From an uncultured Spirochaetota bacterium (GTDB taxonomy: Bacteria; Spirochaetota; Spirochaetia; SZUA-6; Fen-1364): DNA of 64,000 nucleotides. The position numbers and the translations under genes are program-made. The stretch is from positions 1,309,299 through 1,373,298 of the forward strand of contig CAWGAA010000001.1 of NCBI GenBank assembly GCA_963820525.1. Reading direction: 5' to 3'. Every line of letters begins with the position of its first letter. Within the stretch, counting starts at the first letter, position 1. The notes beneath the pieces are model-generated. The model saw only the letters and a program-made list of their open reading frames with translations, made no database searches and had not been told where the DNA came from. This document shows, in pieces, positions 50,827 to 59,622 of this stretch.

Positions 50827-52842
50827 ATGCACGGACAATTTCTCGTCGTACAACTCGAAGACGAAGATGAGGCCGTATTGGGACGCATTACTTCAATTTT
50901 CTCGGAGGGAAGACTAGCTTCCTCGGCGGGGGAAGATTACGGCATCCGGGCAGTCTCAGAAGAGCGGCCGATCCCGGAAGACCTACGCGAGCAATACCTG
51001 AAGTATCGAGTGAATATACGGGTTCTAGGAGTGATCCGTAAGGTCGACGGGAAGCTTGTATTCGCTGCGTCTCATCGGCGCTTACCACATGTGGGTAGCA
51101 AGGTCGCGTTTCTTACCGACGAAGTGCTTCGTGAAGTAGCTGGGCATAATATCATGAACGCTGCCGAAATAGGATATTTCGCACTCGGGGAGTTTATCTA
51201 TTCCGCGGATGATTCTAGACTTGCTCATGAACCCTGGATGCAGATCAGAAGCCCTGCCGTAATCCCAAAGTTCCGCGTACTTGACCTCGTGGCGCGAAGG
51301 ACATTTGTTTTTGCGCGCGCAGGTTTTGGGAAATCAAATCTCGTCAAACTTTTATTCGCTGATCTGTATAAAAACACTCCAACGGTAGAAAAGCGAGGCG
51401 GCAGACAAGTCGCAGTGGGGACTGTAATCTTCGATCCGGAAGGAGAGTATTTTTGGCCGGACGATAAGAACCGGCCGGGCCTTTGTGATGTTCCTGAGCT
51501 GCAGGATAAAATTGTCGTCTTCACTCCTAAGCGAAGTAAAAGTCCTTATTACCAGTCCTTCGTTGCTGGGGATATCAAGCTGGATATCAGAAGGCTCCGT
51601 CCAGGCGATGTCATTTCAATAGCTCTATCGCCGGAAAAACAGGATCAACAGAACGTAAGAAAACTCAAGGGGATGAACGACACCGATTGGCACCAGCTTG
51701 TAGACCTGGTGCATAAAGAGGGCAACGCCGCAGATGGAAACACGGTCCGGCAATTGCTACGTCTTGAAGAAGGGCAAGATGCCGAGATGGTAGCAGCGCG
51801 GGCAAATATGACGACAATCGTTAGGATGCTCCACGATCCCAGCAGCCAAATGATGGATATGCTCTTGACGGCGCTGCGTGATGGAAGGCTTTGTATAATC
51901 GATGTTTCTCAGATGCGCGGAGCTCCCGCACTAGTACTTTCCGGCTTGATCTTGAGGAGGATTTTCGACCATAACCAAGAAGAGTTCACGGAAGCGGAAC
52001 CACAGACAATCCCGGTAATCGCGGTTGTCGAAGAGGCCCAAACCGTTCTCGGGAGCAGTGGAAGCTCGGGAGAAGGCCCTTACATTTCATGGGTGAAGGA
52101 GGGAAGAAAGTACGACTTGGGAGCGGTTCTTGTCACACAGCAACCTGGATCGATCTCAAGCGAAATACTCAGCCAAGGCGATAATTGGTTTGCGTTCCAT
52201 CTGCTTTCAACCGGCGATCTCAGAGCTATAAAAAATGCAAATGCACATTTCAGTGACGACATCCTATCGTCTCTTCTAAATGAACCCATCCCAGGACACG
52301 GGGTTTTTTGGAGCAGTGTTGGGGGAAAAAGCTACCCCATCCCTATCCGCGTCCTATCTTTCGAAGGCCAATACAAGGCACTGGATCTGAAATACTCAAT
52401 GCCGACGGCTAATACGACCGCAAAGATTCTTCAACAGCGTTTTGCCGGCGCCCTTGCCGCAGCACTTGATTCAGCGCCACATGACACTTCAGTTACTGGT
52501 AAGGAAGAGCAGAGCCATGCCCCAGATGGAAGAGAACCAGAGCCTGACGAGAAACAAGACGCGTTGGAAACATATGCGCGTGCCGCCATGGAAAATCTGA
52601 AATCAGATCAACGGTTCCTCGATGCCTTACGGCAGTCCGGAAAGCCGTGGCGTGCTGTACAAGAGCAATTGAAGAACGGTCTTCCAGATGTTCTTTCCGA
52701 TCGAGGCGAAATCGCTCATCGGCTGGTAGTAAGGGTCATGACTGAACTCTTCGGTGAACAAAATGTCTCCTGGAAGACTGAGAAGCGGCCTTCCAAGAGT
52801 AGGCCGGGTGATTCAACGACTTGGATCGTGATTATCTCATAG
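50827..52842 (+). CDS. HerA-like ATPase (HerA/DUF87, FtsK-HerA superfamily)
   Basis: Walker A FARAGFGKSN. HerA-specific segments LCIIDVSQMRGAPALVLSGLILRRIF, Walker B IAVVEEAQTVLG, and EGRKYDLGAVLVTQQPGSISSEILSQGDNWFAFHL. Confidence 0.8.
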   Translation: MHGQFLVVQLEDEDEAVLGRITSIFSEGRLASSAGEDYGIRAVSEERPIPEDLREQYLKYRVNIRVLGVIRKVDGKLVFAASHRRLPHVGSKVAFLTDEVLREVAGHNIMNAAEIGYFALGEFIYSADDSRLAHEPWMQIRSPAVIPKFRVLDLVARRTFVFARAGFGKSNLVKLLFADLYKNTPTVEKRGGRQVAVGTVIFDPEGEYFWPDDKNRPGLCDVPELQDKIVVFTPKRSKSPYYQSFVAGDIKLDIRRLRPGDVISIALSPEKQDQQNVRKLKGMNDTDWHQLVDLVHKEGNAADGNTVRQLLRLEEGQDAEMVAARANMTTIVRMLHDPSSQMMDMLLTALRDGRLCIIDVSQMRGAPALVLSGLILRRIFDHNQEEFTEAEPQTIPVIAVVEEAQTVLGSSGSSGEGPYISWVKEGRKYDLGAVLVTQQPGSISSEILSQGDNWFAFHLLSTGDLRAIKNANAHFSDDILSSLLNEPIPGHGVFWSSVGGKSYPIPIRVLSFEGQYKALDLKYSMPTANTTAKILQQRFAGALAAALDSAPHDTSVTGKEEQSHAPDGREPEPDEKQDALETYARAAMENLKSDQRFLDALRQSGKPWRAVQEQLKNGLPDVLSDRGEIAHRLVVRVMTELFGEQNVSWKTEKRPSKSRPGDSTTWIVIIS

Positions 52843-53452
52843 CTTTTATTTGACGTTCATCAAGGTTCAGCCCGGCGGAAGCGTTTCCGGGCTGAGCTCG
52901 CCCGTGGGGGTCGCCCCTTTCGGGGCTCCAGGGCGGGCCGCGCGGCGTCGGCTAATAGGGCCCATTAACCGGACGCCGCGCTATCGCACAAACCGGAACT
53001 TCGCCCTTCGGTGCGGCCGTCAGCTACAATACGGCTCGGCCCTCCTTGGCCTCGCCGCGGCAGGTCCGTTCCCGCCAGCGCCACTCATGCGGCTGGTGCT
53101 AGGCCGCGTCGGCCGCCCCTTCAAGGGAGGCTGAACACGTTGCAGCCTCCTTCCGCCGGGCCTGGTGGCCGTGACGGTCCGTAAACCGATACTGCCTTTT
53201 GTATGCGGCTGGCGCGCCGACCGCACACATGAGCCGATCGTGCGGAGGGCTTTCTGTAGCGAAGAACGCGGGCAAGGACGCCCGCGAGCGATGAACGTAC
53301 AGAAACCTCGTCCCCCCATGAGCGTCCCCCTCCCTGGACGACCATTGGATACCATAAAGAGGGGGAAGCCGAGAGGGTGGGTTCCATGGAGAGGGAGCGG
53401 CGGGGGGACGAGGGAAGCCCTCCGCGCGGGGTTGTGGGTTCCTTTGACGGTG

Positions 53453-54124
53453 TCACGGCATGAGCAACAAAAAAAGTAGATCGTTTGGCAACAGGCAGTA
53501 GTTCAGCATCGTTACACTTGGGCTTGTACTTCCCAAAGTCCCTCTGACCGTCATCCTTGTCGGTGGAACTACGGGCGTATTGGATTGCTCCAACAGTTCG
53601 GAAATTCCACCCTTTTGGGAAATGATTATTCTCGTCCCCAATTCATAGTTGTAGATTACATCGCCATCTCTTCTCATCAATACCAAACCAGCGGCGTCCA
53701 GTATCTGGCCCTTTGATAGATCTACCCGGCGGACAACGCGGCCGTTTATGGTGTCCACAAAACCCGAGACAGTGGGTCGGAGGGACCGTTCGCCTTCCGC
53801 GTTCTCTTTGAGGAAGTCATTCTTGGTTGAGTATTGTACTTCCAGTCCATCTCCAGTCCATCTGATCCTTTGAGTATAATGGTACTGGTTGTTAGAATAC
53901 TCCGAATTGACCGTACTGTCGCTTTTTGATATGACAAGACGCTCGAGAGCGGAACTGTCAGACCTCTGCGTCTTGACGGCGCTCGTGACGACGCCATCGT
54001 CGCCCTTTTCTATTGTCCAATCAATGCTTTCCTGGCCGCCTCGAAGGCTTATTCCAATTGTTATTGTCTCAGCAGAAAGGCAGCCTCCGATCAACACTAA
54101 AAACAAAGCTGCGGTTGCTTTCAC
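53453..54124 (-). CDS. Lipoprotein (223 aa); putative immunity protein for the upstream Rhs C-terminal toxin
   Basis: Signal peptide with lipobox LIGGC. Immediately downstream (19 nt) of the Rhs toxin stop on the same strand. Confidence 0.55.
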   Translation of the reverse strand: MKATAALFLVLIGGCLSAETITIGISLRGGQESIDWTIEKGDDGVVTSAVKTQRSDSSALERLVISKSDSTVNSEYSNNQYHYTQRIRWTGDGLEVQYSTKNDFLKENAEGERSLRPTVSGFVDTINGRVVRRVDLSKGQILDAAGLVLMRRDGDVIYNYELGTRIIISQKGGISELLEQSNTPVVPPTRMTVRGTLGSTSPSVTMLNYCLLPNDLLFLLLMP

Positions 54125-54142
54125 CCAAACCCTCCCAATTGG

Positions 54143-57100
54143 CTAGTCGCCGGTGTTGGCCGTAATCGTAACGGGCGTTCTCTCGTAAAGCGCTGTTTGC
54201 ACAGTATCTCCGAGCTCATTGACATTGGCGTTACTCATTCGAATACAACCGTATGTATTATCATTGATATTGTTCGCAGCCTGTGGAGACGTCACGGATC
54301 CGGCTACACCATAGGCATTCCCACGCTCGTCATATCCCCCGCCGTGGACTGCATAGCCCCAGTCGGTTGTCGTACCACTCGGGACCCAATTGCCTTCGGG
54401 ATTCTGGACCTGGGTTGTAACGGTCTGATGAGCGTCCGTAATTATTTCAGTCTGGCCATAAGCGTCGTTGTTTGGATGTCTCACTTCTGTAACGTTCCAC
54501 GTTCCATTGGGAAATCGTTGAGGATAGTAGTTCTGCCCGCTTGGAGTTGTTGTCGCAGCGGGGGTCGCCATAGGTTGCGGATTGTTTGTGGCTGTATATG
54601 TGGCGACCTTTATGGTCGAAATCGCACCCGTATGAGAGGTGACATCAAGATAAACGCCCATTCTCTGATTTGCTCTGTCAAACACCAAACGCAGTCTGTC
54701 CAACCCCGTGGGATCCACGAACGCCAGTGGGTTATTCCAGCAGTACGCATACCAGTTCGCCCCATCGCGAGCTGGGTCCTCGGTTATGAATCTGCCTAGT
54801 TGTGGGTCATACCATCTGGCGTTGGAGTAATACAGGCCGGTGTCAGGATCAAGTTCCTTGCCCGTGTACATGCCGTCGAAGTCTAGTATCCCATTACTTC
54901 TCGCAATCTTTCCGAACGCTTCATACTCTGCATCCCACACAATCTGCCCCGAGATATTGGTAACGACATTGGTCGTTCCTTCGTGGTCGGTGTGATGCCA
55001 ATATGTCGTGCTGGTAGTCTCTGACGTGCGCACCTCGGCCCAGATCTGCCCTAGGGCTTCAATATACTTCCGCTGCACCTTTCCGTCTTCAGTCCAGAGC
55101 AAGTCGCCGGAAAGATCGTACTGATAGTAGTAAACGGTAGAACCCTTTGTCGTCTGAACCCTCAGGTCCCTGATATCGTACGAGTAACGGGCCACAGCCT
55201 TTAGCCCGGTGGTCCCTTTAGTCGAGTGACCCACCTGCACAAGACGGTTCTTCAGGTCGTACGTGTATTGCCAGAGCTCGCCGTTGTCTTGGTCCCAGGC
55301 GGATCGATTGGCAGCCGAGTCCCATCTCCCCTGGTTTCCGCGCGAGATCAGGTTCCCGTTCGCGTCGTAGTTGAATGACCAGCTTCCTGCCTGCTTAATT
55401 CTGCTTGAGCCGGCGTAATAGGTGTACACCTTGTCTTCTGAATAGCTGCCCTTGATATCGTTTTCCGCAAGCCTGTTGCCAAGGGCATCATATGTCCAAG
55501 AAGTCATATGTCCATTAACGTTGAACCAAACCTGTACCAGCTTCAAGGGGGTGTCGACCACCGTCGAATTATCCTCGGCGTGATTGCTTTCATCTCTTTC
55601 ATCCCAGGTCATGTGGACCTTCAAGAACTGAGCCTGATGAGAGCTTTCAAGTTGCAGCGTTACTCCACCTTCGTCCTGCATCCAAGTGGTGTCGGTGAGC
55701 TTTGTCCAGCTGCCGGATGTTCCGTCATTGCTCGCATAAAGCTCTACAGTTCTGGGAGAAATCCTGGAGCTGACGCCCGCAAGCCTTACCTTGTTGATGT
55801 TTCGAGCAGTCTGGAAATCGACCCCAACACTGGAAGCGTGGTAGTCCAGTTTGACAGGAGCGGATGGGTCACTGAAATCGAGGGGATTCCTTCCCGCCAC
55901 ATCTCGTTCCCGGCTTCCGTAGTTTATGCCGCTTATGTCTTTGGTGTTTACTTCAAACTCGCCGGCTTCCTGAGTCAAAACCAGCCGGTTGAGCTTGTCA
56001 TAGCCGTAAGAGCTGTAATGTCCATCCTTCACCTGGGTTACCAGGTTTCCTTCATTGTCCCATGCCAGGCTCCGAGCTGATTTTCCTTCAATATGCCAGT
56101 CATACTCTTCAAGCGATCCGGTGATGGGATCCCAATTCTTCGTGCGCCGCGAGCCGTCGGACGCCGAAAGGCTGGTGAGCCTTCCCATGAAGTTATACTG
56201 CCCGGCTGAGGCGTAGCCAGGAATGTCGGTGAGTTGTCCAAGGCCATTATAAAGACAGCTCACGACACTTCCATCAGGGTAGGTGATGCTTGTCGGGTTA
56301 TGGGCGTCGTCATAAGTATAGGAGACGCTGAGATTCTTTGAACCGACAGAAGTAGTGTAGCTGTTGATCAGGTCGTATGGATCCGGGACATAAATGGAGC
56401 TTGCCTGGTTTATCGAAGTCTGAACGCTCCCATCGGTTGCAGACTTCAGAGATCCCGCCGCGTCATAAGTCCAGGATTCATTGAGAGACCGGCTTCCGTT
56501 TGAGAAGCTCTTGGAAGTGATGCGTCCCGCATTGTCGTAGCCGTTTGTGATTGTGGTCTGGTTGGGGTCAGTTTGTTGGATCACAAGACCACGTTCATCG
56601 TAGGCGTAGCTCCAAACTTGACCCAGGTTGTTCTGTTCATAGGTAAGCTCTCCGTATTGGTCATACCCACGTACCCACACCTGGTTTCCATTCTGTGGAT
56701 TCTCGAAAACGCTCTGTACGGGTTCGTCCCAGACATCGTAGACGGTTCGTGTGACATTGCTGTAAGGGTCTGTGCTGCTGGCGGGCTTGTTCTGGCTATT
56801 GAACACTACCGTGGTGGTGTAGCCCATGGCGTCGCTTGTGCTTGTGGCGCGGCCCAGCTTATCCAGGATCAAGTGCTGCTCTGTTCTATCCGGGAAATAG
56901 GTATCGGTAAGGCGGCTCATGCCGTCATACGTCTTTGAGGTCACAAGGCCGGAGCTTGATTCGGGGTGTGCCGTGTTCAAGTTCGACACGACGATTTCCT
57001 TAACCGGATTTCCTTTAGCGTCGTACCCCCAAGCAGTGACTAGTGGCCCCGTTCCATCGGCACCGCTTACGCTTTGGCTGGTCTTTCTATTGCGAGAATC

Positions 57101-57992
57101 ATAGGTCCAAACCGTGACTTTCCCGGCAGGATCGATCTGGCTTGTGGCATTGCCGCGAAGATCGTAGGAGATCTGGACCTTTCCGCGCGGCCGTCCTGCC
57201 ACGGGCGGCAAGTCCGCTAACACGAGGCGGTCGAGGTCGTTATACAGGTAATTAAGGGTGAAGTTGTCCGAAACCGAGGGGTTGGGATTGGATCTTGGAT
57301 CCTTCATCTGGATCTTTCGATCCCGGATATCGTAGCGGTAGCGGACGGTTGCGCCGGTTGGATCGGTTTCGGTGAGCACTTGATTGCGGCTGGAGTAGCT
57401 TTTAAAGCTCAGTCCTTCTACTCCATCGACGTCCATGCTGTTATTCTTGATCGCTTCAACAACAAGCGGATCGGCATGTTGAATGAGGTTTCCCGAAGCG
57501 TCGTACCAGCTCCATTCCTCGCGTGTCCCAACAAGCTTCTTGATCGCTCTTCCCGCTGTGTCATAGGTAGATTCCACTGTTCGATAGTTGCCGGAGTGCC
57601 CTGTCTGTTGCCTGATGGCCTGCCCAGCATCGTCGTAGAGCGTGATATCTGTGGGTGTGGCGGTTGTCAGAGTAACATCGGGGAGGACAGTTGACGGCGT
57701 GGGCGGACTTTGCCAAACATCCACTGGAGGATGATCTACCTCTCTGGGCTTTCCGAATGGGCTATATCTGGTAACCGTCTTTTGCCCCAACGGATCGACA
57801 ACCGCGACAGTCTCTCCCAGGCCATTGTAATATGTCTGGGTAACGGCGTTAATTCCCCGCGGATCCACGATCTTGGTTTGTGTAGCGTCCTTCCAGGTGG
57901 TCCATTCCTGGGTGATTATCCCGCGCTCGTCCGTAGTGGTTTTAAGATTCTGAGAGTCGTCGTACACCGTGCTGATTCCGGCGCCGTCGGGG
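54143..57992 (-). CDS. Rhs/YD-repeat polymorphic toxin, C-terminal ~1280-aa portion. Contains YD repeats, the RHS core (…YDPQLGRFITEDP…FVDPTGL) and a C-terminal YkuD/L,D-transpeptidase-like (Tlde1-like) toxin domain. Separated from its N-terminal part by the IS insertion.
   Basis: Numerous YDxxGR(L)...PDG repeats. RHS-associated core motif. The C-terminal ~170 aa carry an L,D-transpeptidase signature (GYAVHGGG ... YGCIRMSNANVNELGDTVQ...TPVTI). The long ORF reported through 59362 is an antisense read-through of the IS. Confidence 0.8.
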
Positions 57993-59622
57993 TACGATAT
58001 GCGGGATATAACCGAATCTTGTGGGTGGACAGGGAATAAAAAGAGCGTATCCTTCGGTGAAACCAAGCACAACCAAGGAATCACCGATTGGAGGACACGC
58101 TCATGGACGAAACTATCACATCCGGGCTGAAAATCGAAGGGGGCAATTCCCAGGAATTGTTGGAGCAGTTGGTCCGCTCTGGCGCGCGCAGTGCCCTGCA
58201 GGCGGCGCTGGAGGAAGAAGTCAATCAGTTCCTGCAAAAGTTCACGCACTTGCGAGACGAGAAAGGGCACCGGAAGGCGGTGCGCAACGGCTACATGCCC
58301 CCGCGGACCATCCTCAGCGGGGTCGGGCCACTGCCGATCCGTCAACCGCGCGTGGACGATCGCGGGCTTCGCGATATCGAAGGGGGCGAACGATTCTCCA
58401 GCAGGATCCTGCCGCGCTTCATGCGCAAGATGCCGAGCCTGGAGGGGTTGATCCCGGTGCTGTACCTGAAGGGCATCTCCACGGGGGACTTCAGCGAAGC
58501 TTTGGCTGCGATCCTGGGCGAAGGGGCCAAGGGGCTGTCGGCCTCGACGATCACGCGGCTGAAGGAGGGGTGGCTGGAGGAGCACACGCAGTGGAGCAGC
58601 CGGGGCCTGGAGGACAAGGAGTACGTGTACCTGTGGGCGGACGGCATCTACGTCAACGTGCGTCTGGATGACGAACGCAGTTGTCTGCTGGTGCTCATCG
58701 GGGCCACACGGGAGGGCAAGAAGGAGCTGGTGGCCGTCAGCGACGGCTATCGCGAGAGTAAGGCCAGCTGGCGGGAGATGCTGCTGGACCTGAAGGCCCG
58801 GGGGCTGAGAATGGCAGGAAAACTGGTCATTGGGGATGGGGCGCTGGGATTCTGGGCAGCGGCCGAGGAGGTGTTCCCGGGGATGAAGCACCAACGCTGC
58901 TGGGTGCACAAGACCGCCAACGTTCTGGACAAGCTGCCCAAGGGGGTTCAGTCGAAGGCCAAGGCGATGCTTCACGCCATGTATCAGGCCGAGACGAAGG
59001 AGGCGGCACTGAAGGCGTATCGTTTGTTCATCGGCTGCTTTAGGGACAAGTACCCCAAGGCCGTGGAATGCCTGGAGAAGGACGAGCAGGCCCTTTTCAC
59101 GTTCTACGAGTTTCCCGCGGCGCACTGGCTTCACATACGAACGACCAACCCCATCGAGTCCACGTTCGCGACGGTGAGGCTTCGCACGGCGAAGACCAAG
59201 GGGTGCGGATCGCGGGCGGCCACCCTGTCGATGGTGTTCAAGCTCTGCCGGGAGGCGGAGAAGAGCTGGCGGGGTCTGGACGGGGCAAAGTGGATCCCGA
59301 TGGTGCTGGAGGGCAAGCGTTTCATCGACGGAGAGCTCAAGGAGGACGTCGCGTAGCGGCATCCGTCAGCCACCCGGGGCTGGGAAGATCGGCGGCGAAC
59401 AGGATGGCTGCAAATCGTCGTGAGGATGTTCGACGAGTCATCGACTGAAAAATCGTGCGTCGTGGTGGGCCTACAACGCATTTGCGAAGGCCAGTTGGTA
59501 TCTGTACACCCCCTCTACGGCGCCCGGTCTCGAGGAAAGGAGGGCATAGGGGTCAACAGCAGTTTCGAAATCATCGTTGGATACGCTCGCAATCCTGATC
59601 CACAAGAATTGACAATATCCCA
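57993..59622 (+). mobile_element. IS256-family insertion sequence (~1630 bp) with imperfect ~26-bp terminal inverted repeats and an 8-9-bp target-site duplication (A)CGATATGC
   Basis: IRL GGGATATAACCGAATCTTGTGGGTGGACAG. IRR (reverse complement) GGGATATTGTCAATTCTTGTGGATCAGGAT. TSD at 57985-57992 and 59623-59630. Contains one transposase gene. Confidence 0.85.
58088..59356 (+). CDS. IS256-family (Mutator-like) transposase
   Basis: Collinear IS256 transposase signatures (LYLKGISTGDF, YLWADGIYVNVR, LIGATREGKKELVAV, IGDGALGFWAAAEEVFP, QRCWVHKTANVL). Confidence 0.9.
   Translation: MEDTLMDETITSGLKIEGGNSQELLEQLVRSGARSALQAALEEEVNQFLQKFTHLRDEKGHRKAVRNGYMPPRTILSGVGPLPIRQPRVDDRGLRDIEGGERFSSRILPRFMRKMPSLEGLIPVLYLKGISTGDFSEALAAILGEGAKGLSASTITRLKEGWLEEHTQWSSRGLEDKEYVYLWADGIYVNVRLDDERSCLLVLIGATREGKKELVAVSDGYRESKASWREMLLDLKARGLRMAGKLVIGDGALGFWAAAEEVFPGMKHQRCWVHKTANVLDKLPKGVQSKAKAMLHAMYQAETKEAALKAYRLFIGCFRDKYPKAVECLEKDEQALFTFYEFPAAHWLHIRTTNPIESTFATVRLRTAKTKGCGSRAATLSMVFKLCREAEKSWRGLDGAKWIPMVLEGKRFIDGELKEDVA

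Larger units (their letters stand above)
47715..52850. other. Low-GC (~38-52%) genomic island inserted between the secretion cluster and the Rhs locus
   Basis: There is an abrupt drop in GC content and a change in codon usage relative to the flanks (~65% GC). An AT-rich 5' segment spans 47715-48250. The island carries the MTase, NurA-like and HerA-like genes. Confidence 0.8.

Noticed and set aside
52843-53452. tRNA, tmRNA or RNase P gene at the island border
   Set aside because: No T-loop GTTCRANYC, no CCA-proximal acceptor stem, and no RNase P or tmRNA conserved blocks recognisable by eye. Left as an open finding rather than a call.
53121-53456. 111-aa minus-strand ORF immediately downstream of the lipoprotein (possible second immunity gene)
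   Set aside because: Pro/Ser/Arg/Gly-rich composition typical of spurious GC-rich ORFs. No RBS. It overlaps another equally implausible ORF in a different frame.
54143-59362. Single 1739-aa minus-strand ORF spanning the Rhs C-terminal part and the IS
   Set aside because: Its first ~450 codons are the antisense of the IS256 transposase gene and translate to nonsense. Real Rhs coding starts at the target-site duplication at 57992.
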